A stretch of 64,000 nt of DNA from the human T2T-CHM13v2.0 reference genome, Homo sapiens. The number at the start of each line of letters is the position of its first letter. The stretch's first letter is position 1. The notes under the pieces were generated by a model. The model was not told the origin of the DNA. It searched no databases and was given only the letters and a program-made list of their open reading frames with translations. The stretch lies in NCBI RefSeq assembly GCF_009914755.1, contig NC_060926.1; one strand, written 5' to 3'. Of the stretch, positions 43,802 through 63,999 are shown piece by piece. The translations under genes and the position numbers were made by a program.

Positions 43802-44164
43802 TGTAACAGTCAGTTTAGGCTGCTGTAACAAAGTACCATAGTCTGGGTGGCTTAAACAACATTTATTTCTCACAGTACTGGAGGCTGGAAGTCTGAGGCC
43901 AGGGCGTCAGCATGGTTTAGGTTCTGGCAAAGGCCCTCTTCGGGTTGCAGACCGGTGACTTCTTCCTGTACTCTCTTGTGAAGGGGGAAAAAAGGCTAGA
44001 GAGCTTTCTGGGGTGTCTTTTATAAGAACGCTAATTTCATTCATGAGGACCCTACCCTCGTTATCTACTGACTCCCAAAGGCCTTATCTCCTCATACCAT
44101 CACATTAGGGTTTAGGATTTCAACATACTGATTTTCAGGGGACACAAATATTCTGTCCGTTGCA
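43802..44164 (-). mobile_element. MLT1A-type solo LTR (ERVL-MaLR)
   Basis: ggctgctgtaacaaagtaccatagtctgggtggcttaaacaac...ggatttcaacata...ggggacaca; TG...CA termini. Confidence 0.85.
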
Positions 44165-45144
44165 ATATATAAGAAGCAAAATAGAGTAGGGAAACTAAAG
44201 TTGGTATCTGTGGATTGAAAAGATATGCCATTTCTTTCTTGCACAAAAACATCTCATTATGGGCCAGGCATGGTGGTGGCTGATGCCTGTAATCCCAGCC
44301 TTTGGGAGGTCAAAGCAGGTGGATCACAAGGTCAGGAGATCGAGACCATCAGGGCCAACATGGTGAAACCCCATCTCTACTAAAAATACAAAAATTAGCT
44401 GGGCGTGATGGTACATGCCTGTAATCCCAGCTACTCGGGACGCTGAGGCAGGAGAATCGCTTGAACCAGGGAGTCAGAGGATGCAGTGAGCCGAGATCAT
44501 GCCACTGCACTCCAGCCTGGTGACAGAGTGAGACTCCATCTCAAAATAAATAAATAAATAAAAATAAAATGAGCTGGGCGAGGTGGCTCATGCCTGTAAT
44601 CCTAGCACTTTGGGAGGCTGAGGCGGGCAGATTACTTGAGGTCAGGAGTTTGAGACCAGCCTGGCCAACATGGCGAAATCCCATCTCTACAAAAATACAA
44701 AAAATTAGCCAGACGTGGTAGTGCACGCCTGGAATACCAGTGCTTTGGGAGACTACTGTGGGAGAATCACTTGAGGCCAGGAGTTCAAGACCAGCCTGGG
44801 CAACATAAATGAGAGTTTGGCTCTACAAAACTAAAAAAATTAACCCAGGCATGATGACACATATCTGTGTCTTAGCTACTCAAGAGGCTTAGGCAGGAGG
44901 ATCCCGTGAGCCCAGGATTCAGGCTACAATGAGCTGTGATCAAGCCACTGCACTCCAGCCTGGGCAGCAGAGCAAGACTGTCTTTAAAAAAAAGAAAAAT
45001 TATATATGGAGTCATGGAAAAATGTGAAAAATAAACGAAAATTTAAAAAAAAAGAAAAATCAGAAAAAAAAACAAAAAACCTATTTTATCAGGTGCTCTG
45101 ACTAGAAAAAAATGAAGAACCTAGCAAAGTCAGTGAATCTATTT

Positions 45145-45452
45145 CAGTAGTTCTCAAACTGAGGGCACTTCCCCAACAAGACATTTAGCAATTAAGTGTT
45201 GGCTATCAAAACAACACTGTCAGCTAATGTCAGAATCAGAGCACATTACAGGTAAATCAGAAGGTGAAGTATATCAGAAGTATGATAATGGAAACACTTT
45301 TGGTTGTTGCAACTGGTTGGGGAGGGGGTGCCATAGACATCTAGTGGCAGAGGCCAGGAGTGCCATGAAACATCTTGCAATGCACAGGATAGCCCCCTAT
45401 ATCAAAGAATGAGAAGCCCACAATGTCAATATACAGAGATTGAGAAACCCTG
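45145..45452 (+). mobile_element. MER20 (hAT-Charlie) with an internal insertion
   Basis: cagtagttctcaa...gacatttagcaat...catctagtggcagaggccagg...caatgcacagga...ttgagaaaccctg. Confidence 0.85.
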
Positions 45453-47426
45453 ATCTACTTATAAATATTTTAAATTATCCTAGCCCAATAAAGGGGAGAA
45501 GAGAGAGCGAGAGAAAACGAGTACATGAGCAAGTATACTGTACCTCAACAAGGTCAGTGCTTCTTTTATTTTTATTTTTATATATTTATTTTTGAGACAG
45601 GGGCTCGTTCTGTCACCCAGGCTGGAGTACAGTGGCACAATCACAATTCGCTGAAGCCTCAACCTCCCTGGCTCCAAGTGGTCCTACTGCTTCAGCCTCC
45701 TGAGTAGCTGAGACTACAGGTGTGCGTCACTGCACCCAGCTACTTTGTTTTATTTTCTGTAGCAACAGGGTCTCACCATGTTGCTGAGGCTGGTCTCAAA
45801 CTCTTGAGTTCAAGCAGTCCTCCAGCCTTGGCCTCCCAAAGTGCTGGGATTATAGGCACAAGCCCCAGTGCCCAGCCCTGGGAGATGTTTTAAAATGTAT
45901 TTTTAGAGCAGAAGAAATTCCTCTCTGAAGAGATCAAATTATCATCTTAAGTGCATTAATAGCAAATTCTCAGTACTTCCCCTGCTTTCAGGTGGTATCA
46001 TGTTTAAACCATTTCAAGCTGGTTTCTGCATGCTTATTGAGAATGTCAGAACAAACAGCAGATAAACCATAAGCCCAGACAGAAGAGGTGAAGGTAATTA
46101 TAATAGCTAACATTTACTGAGCACTTATTATGTGCCAGGAAGTTTTCTTTTTTTTTTTTTTTTTGAGTTGGGGTCTTGCCATGTCGCCCAGGCTGGAGTG
46201 CAGTGGCGCAATCTCAGCTCACTGCAAGTTCCGCTTCCTGGGTTCACACCATTCTCCTGCCTCAGCCTCCTGAGTAGCTGGGACTACAGGCACCCGCCAC
46301 CACGCCTAGCTAATTTTTTGTATTTTTTAGTAGAGACAGGGTTTCACTGCGTTAGCCAGGATGGTCTTGATCTCCTGACCTCGTGATCCACCCACCTCAG
46401 CCTCCCAAAATGCTGGGATTAGAGGCGTGAGCCACTGTGCCCAGCCTGTGCCGGGAACTTTTCTAAACATGTTATGATATCTAGTCATTTAATTTTCACA
46501 ACAGTCCAATGAGGTGGTCATTATTATTGCCATTTTAAGATGGGGAAATAAATACAGAAAGTTAAGGTATTTGAAAATAAAATGAAAAGAATTCAAGGAT
46601 ATCCCAAAAAATAATTAATAACTTAATTGAATGAATGAAATGTGAAGAAGTTTCCTAGAAGGAATAAACTCTTTTAGTTTTTATTTCTTTCCCTTCCTTT
46701 TTATTCGAATATAAATTCCAGAATATTGAGTAAAAGAAAGAAAGACTATCCCCTACTACTTATTTATTTAATATTTAACCATTCTATTTTCTTTTTTTTT
46801 TTTTTTTTTTGAGATGGGGGTCTCACTCTGTCGACCAGGCTGGGAATGCTGTGACACAACCGCAGCTCACTGCAGCCTCAACTCCCAGGCTCAAGCAATC
46901 CTCCCACCTCAGCCTCCCAAGTAGCTGGGACTACAGGTGCATGCCATCACACTCAGTTAATTTTTGTATTTTTTGTACAGATAGGGTTTTGCCATGTTGC
47001 CCAGACTGGTCTCAAACTCCTGGGCTCAAGGAGTCCCCCCACTTGGGCCTCCCAAAGTGCTGGGATTACAGGCATGAGTCATTGTGCTCAATCCTATTAT
47101 CTTTACCTAGAGAAATGTAAAAGTAAAACATTTATTTCAATAACCGGTATAACATTTGCCCAGGCACTGAAAATTGCCACAGCTCGTGAAATATTTTCTT
47201 AGGAGTGGTCTAGCATGATTTGGCAGTACAACTCTTTTTTCATGATGTAACCAGAATCTGAAGATTTTCAAGTGAATAATATTTAAAACACTTTTAATAT
47301 GAAAAGTGAAGTGAAAAATATTACATAAATATATGAGCCATTACAGTCATAATTTCAGCAGTTCTAATCCCTGTAGATGAAAGTGCATGTCATTTAGCTA
47401 AAAAAATGTGAAATTATATATACGTA

Positions 47427-48711
<1,285 letters not shown>

Positions 48712-49651
48712 TATAAGATCATAATATCCTTCTTTACCAGCTCTTTTTATAATAATTATTCAATTCCATGGGTATGTAAAACATTTTTTGTTTATACATA
48801 CATTCATTCCTCTTCTCCCTTTTTCTTTTTCTTTTTTTTTTTTCTTTTTAATTTTTTTTTTTAATACAGAGTCTTATTCTGTCACCCAGGCTGGAGTGCA
48901 GTGGTATGATCTTGGCTCACTACAACCTCTGCCTCCTGGGTTCAAGGTCCTGATTCTCGTGCCTTAGCCTCCTGAGTAACTGGGATTACAAGTGCCCACC
49001 ACCACACCTGGCTAATTTTTGTGTTTTTGGTAGAGATGGGGTTTCGCCATGTTACCCAGGCTGGTCTTGAACTCCTGGCCTCAAGTGATCCACTCATCTC
49101 AGCTTCCCGAAGTGCTGGAATTACAGGTGTAAGCCACCATGCCCAGCTTCACTTTTTCTTTTGACTTTGGGAATATTAAAAAGAAAAAAGGAGGGCTCTT
49201 GGAATTGAAGAAATCAAGGAAAATTCTCTTCTCACTCAACACTTTCCCCCAAAAAACATTGTGAAGGTTGTCAAAGGGGCTTTTTTAAAACTAGGCTCTG
49301 AATCTTGGATACTTACTCTTTTCTAGATGGATACAATAATCTGCTGGATATCAAGTAGTAGTTGTTGTTGCTTATAAGAAAACAACTGAATTTACCATTT
49401 ATCAGTATCTACTACTTGCCAGATGCTATATATATATAAAGAGAGAGAGAGAGAGAGAGTCATAAATAACTAAGAAATAGGGCCAAAGTCATTTTAAATT
49501 TCTAAATGTTTGAATGTCTAATAAAATTAAAAGTGAGATTTAAAAAATCTTGTGTACAGCCAGGCACAGTGGCTCACACCTGTAATCCCAGCACTTTGGG
49601 AGGCCAAGGCAGGTGGATCACGAGGTCAGGAGATCGAGACCATCCTGGCTA

Positions 49652-49933
<282 letters not shown>

Positions 49934-50008
49934 TTAAACTAAAATATTTTCCTGATTTATCCAGATAAGTATTTCATGACACTTTTTTTTTTTTTTTTTT
50001 TTTTTTGA

Positions 50009-50374
<366 letters not shown>

Positions 50375-51405
50375 TAGGATGGTCTCGATCTCCTGACCTC
50401 GTGATCTGCCTGCCTCAGCCTCCCAAAGTGTTGGGATTACAGGCGTGAGCCACCGCGCCCGGCCACGCCCGGCTAGTTTTTGTATTTTTAGTGGAGACAG
50501 GGTTTCACCATGTTGGCCAGGCTGGTCTTGAACTCCTGACCTCAGGTGGTCCACCTGCCTTGGCCTCCCAAAGTGCTGGGATTACAGGCATGAGCCACTG
50601 GCGCCCGGCCTTTTTGTTTTTTGTTTTTGTTTGTTTGTTTGTTTTGAGACAGTGTCTTGCATTGTCGCTCAGGCTGGAGTGCAGTGGTGCGAACATGGCT
50701 CACTGCAGCCTCAACCTCTCTGGGCTCAGGTAATCCTCCCACCTCAGTCTCCCAAGTAGCTGGGACTGCAGGTATGCATCACCATGCCTGGCTAATTTTT
50801 GTATTTCTTGTAGAGATGGGGTTTCACTATATTGCCCAGGCTAGTCTCAAACTTCTTCTTGTTAGAAACCGTGTTGTCCAGACTGGTCTAGAACTCCTGA
50901 GCTCAACCAATCTGTCCGCCTCAGCCTCCCAAAGTGGTGGGATTACAGGTAAGAGCCACCATCCCCGGGCTCATGACACTTTTCTTTGCCTACCAAGATC
51001 CAGTTCATTGGACCCTTAAAAAAAGTATTTTAATATATTTTAATTATTTTTAAACCTACTCTGAGATTGATGAAGGCTGAAGTATTTGAAAATATTTCAT
51101 AAGTCTTTCCTGCATATACCAAATTATACCAAAGAACACATTGAAAGTAATTTGCCTAATAATTTAACTATAAGTTTTCCGTAGAACCTAAATATAATTG
51201 CTAATGCACTGCACAGTCTTTTCTTTCCAGATTGTGTTTACACCATGACAAGCAGCGCTTCTTTCTCTTTACAAGGTAACAGTAGAATTCCCCAACAAGA
51301 GTTTGACAGTGGGCCGGGCTCGGTGGCTCACGCCTGTAATCCCAGCACTTTGGGAGGCCGAGGCAGGCGGATCACGAGGTGTGGAGATCGAGACCATCCT
51401 GGCTA

Positions 51406-51767
<362 letters not shown>

Positions 51768-54571
51768 TCAGGCTTAGTGGAAGCCATATGCTATCCAGAA
51801 GGCTGAGTCAAAACAAGCAGACATGCCAGGCTGAGGAAATAGAAAACAGTGCAGGGTTGGCCTTCAGAGGCAATTAAGTGGGAGACAATTAAGATCACAG
51901 ACTTAATTACCCAGGTGGTATTTGCATTCCTCCAGGCAGAAGCATCATTGTTGTGATAGACCAGTAGGCTCAACTCAAGGAAGCTATGGAGAAGAACTAA
52001 GAAGATTTTATGAATGACACCAGTATAAACAGTTTCAGCCTCTTCCTCCCTTACCGGGATACAAACCTCCCTATCACATGCAAACTTTTCAGATTTCCAA
52101 TTGAAAATAGAGTGGGCCAGGAGGCCAAGAAACCCATGCTATACACAGATGAGTCCAAAGGTTTAGAGAGCTCCCATCCACTGACTCTTTCTAGCATTTT
52201 CAAAATCCAGGATGGTCCACAATGGCCTGTCTTCTAAGTTCATGCTTCCGCTCCATGGCTAGAAAAGACTGGAGGCAAGTCAATGGAGTTCTTCACCCAG
52301 TCATGTACAGTCTTTTCTAGTAGGGTCAGCTCTGATGCTAGAGAAAGATACAAAGAGACAAAAGGTAGTCCTTGAAATAAGTAAGCCTGGGAAAGACCAG
52401 CAAGGGGTCGTTGAACGTTTAAACAGCTCTTCATCACCTTTCCATCAAAAGAGTTTACTTGTTCCTAATACCCCATTGAAAATGTAGAATGTGGCCTGTT
52501 GGGGCTTCCAGCTTCCTATTATCCTGTTACAGAGCTCAGCACAGCTATCTGGATGCTCTGGCTGAATCCTCGTCATGAGAGATGTGAGTGCCCTTCCATG
52601 AACTGGAACCAAGAAGGGAAGAACAAGCCTTCCCTTTCCTTTCTGCCATGGTCTTTTCACACTCCAAAGCAGTTCTCTCCAGAGAGGACCCAGAGGACTG
52701 TAGGCAGCCCTAAGGCCATCAGGGGCAACTCCTAGAAGAATTATCTTCTGGTCTCTTCCTTTAGGGAAGCAAAACTGAGGATGAAGCCAGTGTTTTTTCT
52801 CCCTTATAGTTTTTCTAATAGATGAATGGTGTGGGTAAGAAGAGTGCTTTCAGGCATTTAAGCTTTAGTGGGACTGAAAGATTTGCAAGTGAAAGATACA
52901 TTGCCAGGTGAGGGTGGGGGTTAGGGGGAAGGGTAGCTAAGGGAGGAAAAGAGGACCACTAAAGGACCCTAAAGGGTCAAAAAGAGAGCCAGTAAGGAAG
53001 ACAGAGTAAATGGAGCTTCCAGGACAAACTCTGCCTGTCCTGGAATCTAGAGAAAGAAGTAGAATCACATGCAGATCTAAAAAGGCAACCAGCCGGACGT
53101 CATAATGAGGTTCTCGGTAGGAGAGCATGAGAGAATTTGCTTTTATTGGCCCCAGCAAACATGAAACCCCCAAGGTCTTATGCATAACGTAACTTCATTG
53201 GTTGTTGAAGGCTCAAGCAAACAACTTATACTGTGGAAATAACTGGCATACAGAAAAACACACAAGATTTACTCAGGGGACAAGAACACCTTTATTTATG
53301 AATTCCACATCTATATTTCAAATTCTGCTCCTACAGGGGACATATGACTCTGCAATAACTCCACATGTGGAGAGACAGGTTTGAGCTGTACCAAAAAAAG
53401 TGAATTTCACAGGACCAAACAATATTTGTATAAATGCTGCCACATTTTTAAAAAATTGGAGTAGTAAAATGGGACAGAGAAAAATGTTTGGAATCAGAAG
53501 ATGTGGATTCTCCTCCCAGTTCTGCCCTTATTAGAGCTCTTTGCCATTATGATCAAACTACTAGAAGGTTCCTAAGATCTTTTCTGGCTCAATGATAGTA
53601 CTTCTGTGTATTCTTTTCTTCTTGAAGATGAAAGCGTATACAGAGAAGTGCAGACATATTTTTTTCACTAGGAATTTTGTGAATGTGAAGCTTAAGGAAG
53701 TTTAAGGAAGCATTCTCCATACTAATTCAGTCAATTATTCACTTAAATAATATTTTTTTGAGTCCCACGATGTTTTATGTGCTGTGCTGGGGCTGGGAAG
53801 ACAATGATTATTTCCATAGGCAGAAAAGGACCAAACAATAACAATGTTTTTTCAATACTTGGATCTATAATAAAGTAATCACACATCGTTTCATAAATTT
53901 AATGTTTAGATTTGTTAAAATTTAATTCTTTAAATTTTAAAGTTTTATCCTTAACAACTGGGGGGTTCATTTACTTGTATTGTTGGATTTTTTGTTGTTA
54001 AATACCTGGGAGTTGTTATTTATGTATTTATTGATTGATTTATTCTTTGAGACAGGGTCTTACTCTGTCTCCCAGCTGGAGTGCAGTAGCATGATCTTGG
54101 CTCACCGCATTCTCTGCCTCCTGGGTCCAAGGGATTCTCATACCTCAGCTTCCCAAGTAGCTGGGATTGCAGGTGTGCACCACCACACCTGGCTAATTTT
54201 TTTTTTTTTTTTTGAGATGGAGTCTTGCTCTGTCTCCCAGGCTGGAGTGCAGTGGTGCCATCTTGGCTCACTGCAGCCTCTGCCCTCAGGGTTCCAGTGA
54301 TTCTCCTGCCTCAGCCTCCTGAGTAGCTGGGATTACAGGCACATGCCACCACACCCGGCTAATTTTTGTATGTAATTTAGAAATGAGGTTTTGCCATGTT
54401 GGACAGGCTGGTCTCGAACACCTGACCTCAGGTGATCCACTTGCCTCGGCCTCCCAAAGTGCTGGGATTACAGGTTTGTGCCACCACACCCAGCCAAATG
54501 TTTTAATTTTTAGTAGAGACAGGGTCTCACCATGTTGGCCAGGTTGGTCTCGAACTCCTTACCTCAAGTGA

Positions 54572-54790
<219 letters not shown>

Positions 54791-55298
54791 TGACCATCTG
54801 GGCTCAAGCCATCTTCCAGCCTCAGCCTCCCAAGTAGCTAGGATCACAAACATGCACCACCACGCCTGGCTAATTTAAAAAATTATGTGTAGAGATGAGG
54901 TCTCATCGCATTACCCAGGTTGGTCTTGAACTTCTGAGCTTAAAGGATCTTTCCACCTTGACCTCCCAAAGTGCTGGGATTGCAGGCATGAGCCACCATG
55001 CCTAGCCACCAGGGAGTTTTTTCATTGAATAATCTTGAAAGAAGTCTTCGAAGAGAGTTCAGAATCACTTGGTTAAAAATATGTATTGATAATCCACTCC
55101 GTGCCATGCTCTGTTGTAGGTGGTGAGGATAGGGTAGGAAATAAGACAGGCAGAGCCCCTGCCCTCCAAGAACTCATACTTTTGGGTCCATTAAAATATG
55201 ATAATTTTGGCGGGGCATGGTGGCTCATGCCTATAATCCCAGCACTTTGGGAGGCTGAGGCCGGCAGATCACGAGGTCAGGAGTTTGAGACCAGCCTA

Positions 55299-55487
<189 letters not shown>

Positions 55488-57655
55488 TCAAAAAAAAAAA
55501 AAAAAAAAAAAAAAGATAATTTTAAGGCCGGGTGTGGTGGCTCACGCCTGTAATCCCAGCACTTTGGGAGGCTGAGGCGGGAGGATCACAAGGTCAGGAG
55601 ATTGAGACCATCCTGGCTAACACAGTGAAACCCCATCTCTACTAAAAATACAAAAAATTAGCCAGGTGTGGTGGTGGGCGCCAGTAGTCCCACCTGCTGG
55701 GTAGGCTAAGGCAGGAGAATGGCACGAACCCGGGAGGCGGAGCTTGCAGTAAGCCGAGATTGCGCCACTGTACTCCAGCCTGGGCGACAGAGCGAGACTC
55801 TGTCTCAAAAAAAAAAAAAAAAAAAAAAATTATAATTTTAAACTAATATGCATTTATGCAATTAAAATTCTGTAGCATGCTAGTCAATTGCCCAAGCTTC
55901 ATTAGAAGGGCCTGAAATTTTAAAAGTGATTTTTAAAAATAATTTAAGACTGTTTTTTTATTTAAACAATTTGTGACAAATCACCACTTTTTCTAGCACT
56001 GCTGTTAGAGTGTTCATTTTAAGAAAATCAATGTGACCATGCCATTTTCTCTTCCCTTCCCCAGCAATTCATCCCTCCCTCCCACTAACCCCTGCCCTGC
56101 CAAAAAAAAAAAAATCCTTCTTCCAGGCATGGTGGCTCATGCCTGTAATCCTGTCACTTTTGGAGGCTGAGGTGAATGGATTACTTGAGGCCAAGAGTTC
56201 AAGACCAGCCTGGGCAGCATAGCAAGACTCCCATTTCTACAAAAAATACAAAAATTAGCTGGGTGTAATGGTGTGCCTGTAGCCAGCTACTGGAGAGGCT
56301 GAGGCAGGAGGATCACTTGAGCCCTGGAATCCCAGGAGGCAGCAGTGAGCTATGATTTTGCCACTGCACTCCAGCCTGGGCAACAGAGTGAGACCCCATC
56401 TTAAAAAATAATCCCAGCCAGGCATGGTGGCTCACACCTGTAATCCCAGCACTTTGGGAGGCCGAGGCAGGCGGATCATGAGGTCAAGAGATTGAGACCA
56501 TTCTGGCCAACGTGGTGAAACACCACCTCTACTAAAAATACAAAAAATTAGCTGGGTTTGGCGGCGCGTGCCTGTAGTCCCAGCTATTCCGGAGGCTGAG
56601 TCAGGAGAATCGCTTGAACCAGGAGGCGGAGGTTGCAGTGAGCTGAGATCACAAGACTGCACTCCAGCCTGGAGACAGAATGAAACTGTCTCAAAAAAAC
56701 AAAAACAAAAACAAAAACAAAAAAAAATCCTTCAGTGGCTACTCATTACCTTAAAAGAAAAGAAACCCCAACTCCCTAACAAATCAGACAAGGTGCTTGG
56801 TGACTGGGCACTGGTTCCCTCAGTCCTGCTCATGCTGTCCACTTAGGCCACACTGATTGCTGTTTCCCAGAGTAACATGCTCTCCAGCTCTGGGCCTTTA
56901 AGCATTCTGCTCCCTCAATCCAGGATGTTCTTCACCCCGTCCCTCCAGTGTCTTTGCTGATTCCCTGGACTTGATTCATCCATCCATGACCTCCACCGTT
57001 ATTGTGCCTACATCCATCCTGGGACTTGCCTGCTGCAGTGCAATGGCCCACTTAAGCATCCATCCCCTGACTACAGGGTGGTGCATAGGCCCTAACATGA
57101 AGATGCCTTTAATAAAAGATATTTTGAGGAAATAAATGAAGTAATGAATATATTTCTTCAGATAACACTCCAAGCAGGGTGAACAGCATGAGGGAAGGCA
57201 AGCAAGGCGAACTGGGGACTCTAAAAGGATTTCAGAATGGCTGGGAACATTCAGAGATGCGACAAAAAGGAGAAGCAAGGATACTTTCAGCCAGTTAGAC
57301 AACTTAGACTTCATCCTGAGTTCAATGGTGATTTATTAAAGGGCTTTAAAAAAGCGAGAAATTAGATTAGCATTTTAGAAAAAACATTCTGGGCCAGGTG
57401 TGGTGGTGTGCAGCTGTAGTCCCTGCTAATCGGCAGGCTGAGGTGGGAGGATTGCTTGAGTCTGGGAGGTCAAGGGTGCAGTGAGATGTGACCATACCAC
57501 TGCACTCCAGCCTGGGTGACAGAGCAAGACCCTGTCTCGTGTTAGGGGGGAAAAAACATTCTGAAGAATAGATTTGAAGAAAATAAGACTGAGGACAAGG
57601 AGATATGTTATAGCAACTATTACAGAAAACCAAGGGAGAGCTGGGGCTGCCTTGA

Positions 57656-57967
<312 letters not shown>

Positions 57968-58679
57968 TAGCCAGGATGGTCTCGATCTCCTGACCTTGTG
58001 ATTCACCCGCCTCGGCCTCCCAAAGTGCTGGGATTACAGGCATGAGCCACCACGCCCAGCCCTTCCCTCCCCAGTTGAGTGATAAACTTCTGAAGAGCAG
58101 AAATTCTGCAGTTTATGTCTTTGTATCCTATTGAGTTACCTATAGTGCCTACCTATAGATGAGGTATTCAATAAATATTTGTTGAATTACTGAATGAATG
58201 AAACTTTATGGCTGCATGCAAGACACCTGATAAATTCTTACTCTTAAAAATAAAACTGGCCGGGCACAGTGGCTCATGCCTGTAATCCAAGCACTTTGGG
58301 AGGCCAAGGCGGGTGGATCACTTGAGGCCAGGGGTTCAAGACCAGCCTGGCCAACATGGTGAAACCCTGTCTCTGCTAAAAATACAAAAATTAGCCGGGC
58401 ATGGTGGTGCATGCCTGTAGTCCTAGCTACTTGGGAGGCTGAGGCAGGAGAATCACTTGAACCCGGGAAGCAGAGGTTGCGTGAGCAGAAATCTGCACTC
58501 CAGCCTGGGCAACAGAGCAAGACTGTCTCCAAAATAAATAAATAAATAAATAAATAAATAAAACCAGATGCAGTGGTTCATGCCTGTAATCCCAGCACTT
58601 TCGGAGGCCAAGGAAGGAGGATCACTTGAACCTAGGAGTTCAAGACCAGCCTGGCAACATAGTGAGACCCCCATCTCTA

Positions 58680-58844
<165 letters not shown>

Positions 58845-59056
58845 CTAAAAGAAAAGCAACTTAAAAAACTTTTTTTTCCAGGTTAGGCAGGGTGGCTCAT
58901 GCCTGTAATCCTAGCACTTTGGGAGGCCGAGGCAGGCAGATCACTTGAGGTCAGGAGTTCGAGACTAGCCTGGCCAACATGGTGAAACCCTGTCTCTGCT
59001 AAAAATACAAAAATTAGCTGGGCATGGTGGCACGTGCCTGTAGTCCCATCTACTCA

Positions 59057-59179
<123 letters not shown>

Positions 59180-59317
59180 TTATTATAAAGTAAATGCTTA
59201 AACGGATCCTATTTCACTCAGTTTGTACAAAGAGAAAAGTCTGTACAACCAGCCACTTAGAATTATGTTATGTAGAGATCCCTTGTCCAATTCAATATAA
59301 AAGTATATATATTTTAA

Positions 59318-59575
<258 letters not shown>

Positions 59576-60164
59576 TAGTAGAGACTGTGTTTCACTATGT
59601 TGGCCAGGCTGGTCTCAATCTCCTGGCCTCAAGTGATCCACCCACCCGGGGCTTCCCAAAGTGCTGGGGTTACAGGCGTGAGTCACCATGCCTGGCCTGC
59701 AATATAAAAGTATATTATATGGTACATATGTTTTGAGAAATCTTGTCACTTAGATATGTCAGAAATGTCAGAAGCAGTGTTCTGTGCTTTCTGTACAGAA
59801 AAATTCTGTATGTTTTTCAGATTCCCTCTGCAAATATTGTAACTCATAAAATATTGAACTGTGATTCCTGAAGTTATAGGGCAAACCAACCCACAAAAAG
59901 ATGTGCCAGGTATGGTGGAGGAGGTCATTATAGTTAATCAATAACCCATTAGTGGAAATCAGCAATAATCTTAACAGTTAACCTAATAAACACAGTTAGC
60001 CTACATAATGAATGCTTTGATTCATTCTTCAACTTTTACTTAATTATTTCCACAATCAAAGAAGTGATGGCAAAATTTTAAATTTTGAATTTCAATATCC
60101 TGTCAAAACATCTTCAAACAAGGTCATGATTAATCATATACACAAAAAAGAAACAAAATCATGA

Positions 60165-60551
<387 letters not shown>

Positions 60552-60743
60552 TAGCTAATTTTTAATTTTTGTAGAGATGGGGTCTCACTTTGTATCCCAG
60601 GCTGGTCTCAGTCTCCTGGTCTTGGTCCTCCCACCTCAGCCTCTCACGGAGCTTAATTGCAGGTGTGAGCCACTGCTCTTGGCTTGTGCTTTCTTGAAAA
60701 TATTGAAAGGCACAAGAAGAACCAAAGATGGAAACAATTTTAA

Positions 60744-61225
<482 letters not shown>

Positions 61226-61683
61226 CAAGTACTTGGGAGGCTAAGGTGGGAGGATCACTTTAGCCCAGGAATTTGAGAACAGCCCAGGAATATGAGCAAC
61301 ATAGTGAGATAACATTTTTTTTTTTTTTTGAGACAGGGTAGTGCTCTATTGCCCAGTCTGGAGTATAGTGGCTCGATCAGAGCTCACTGCAGCCTTGATC
61401 TCCTGGGCTCCAGCTATCCTCCCACCTCAGCCTCCTAAGAAGCTGGGACCACAGGCATGTACCGCCACACCTGGCTAATTTATTTTTTATTTTTTGTAGA
61501 GACAGGATCTCCCTATGTCACCCAGGTTGGGCAAGATAACATTTCAAGCAGCAGCAGCAGCAGCATCGTGATTTAAAACTCTGGAGATCGGGCCGGGCAC
61601 GATGGCTCACACCTGTAATCCCAGCACTTTGGGAAGCCGAGGTGGGCAGATCATGAAGTCAGGAGTCCAGACCATCCTGGCTA

Positions 61684-61947
<264 letters not shown>

Positions 61948-62012
61948 TCACAAGGTCAGGAGATGAAGACCATCCTGGCTAACACGGTGAAACCCCATCT
62001 CTACTAAAACTA

Positions 62013-62425
<413 letters not shown>

Positions 62426-63858
62426 TTATTAACACTATCAGTCACTAAGTGTTTTTTGGTTGTCTATGTCTATGTCCATAGTGCCAGGCACTCTCAGGCA
62501 TTCTGAAGATACGCTGCTTTCATGATTCGGCTTTTATTTGACTGATAAATAATAACCATGACATACACTATTCAGATATTAACAAGATATTATATTTGTC
62601 ACTTGACCAATATGCACAGTGTTTTCCTTGGTTTAAAAACAACAACAAAAAAATCTAAAAACCTGTGAAAATAAGGTAGCAAAACAAAAAAACAAACAAA
62701 CAAAACAAGAAAATGAAGTTCTACATGATTACCAAATAGGTGGGGCACCGTGGCTCACGCCTGTAATCTCAGCACTTTGGGAGGCTGAGGCAGGTGCATT
62801 GCTTGAGCCCAGAAGTTCAAGACCAGCCTGGGCAACATGGCAAAACCTTGTCTCTACAAAAATACACCCATGGTGGTGGGTGCCTGTAGTCCTAGCTATT
62901 CAGGAGGCTGAGGTGGGAGGATTATCTCCTGAGTCCAGGAGGTTGAGGCTGCGGTGAACCATGATTGTGCCACTGCATTCCCACCTCAATGATAGTGAGA
63001 CTCTGTCTCAAAAAAAAAAATTTTTTTTCAAAAAAGATTACCAAATAATTACCCCTCAAGGTCAAAGAATAATTTTGTCATTGGGAGTGCTTTTCACTCT
63101 CATCAAGTCACTCTGAAAGGAGATCCTAGTATTTGAGATTCATTTTCAGATGGTGTTTACAGTCTCTCCCTCTGGTGAGGAAATGTGTTTTAAGAAGACA
63201 TTTAAAATCTTGATCATTGTCTTTAGAATTTTTATTGATTCAGATTTACACAGCTTGAAGCACCACATTTGATATCTACAGCACTAATTATATTATTAAA
63301 CAATGGCTTCTTTCCTTTTTTTAGAATGTCACAGGAAGAAAAAAGTATTTTTCCTGTAAAGTCATAACCTTCTATTCAGAGATTCAGAACTTTATTACTC
63401 AGCACCTGTATCAGCAATAATGTTAAATTCTTTACAAGATGAAGAACAGACTAAAAGTAATTCCAGAGTTTTAAGTTGTGTATTTGTATTGCTATTTTTA
63501 TTTTGGTAAGACAATAAAATCTGTTGCTATATCATTTCATTTATTTATTTATTTTTGTAGAGATGAGGTCTCCCTATGTTGCCCAGGCTAGTCTCAAACT
63601 CCTGGCCTCAAGCAATCCTCCCTCCTCGATCTCCGAAAGCGTTGGGATTACCTGTGTGAGCCATCAAGCCTGCCCTATCATTTTAATTCTCTTAACTTTG
63701 GCCAACAATATTAGATAGCTGTTGATGGACTAGAAACTCCCTAATGATATGATAATTCCAAGAGTACCACTTTCTGAACTGTTACTCAAATTGATTTCTA
63801 GAGGCTTAAAGCAGGCAAGGAGTTACTGTTGTAATCATACTAATTAAGATAAAAACTA

Positions 63859-63999
<141 letters not shown>

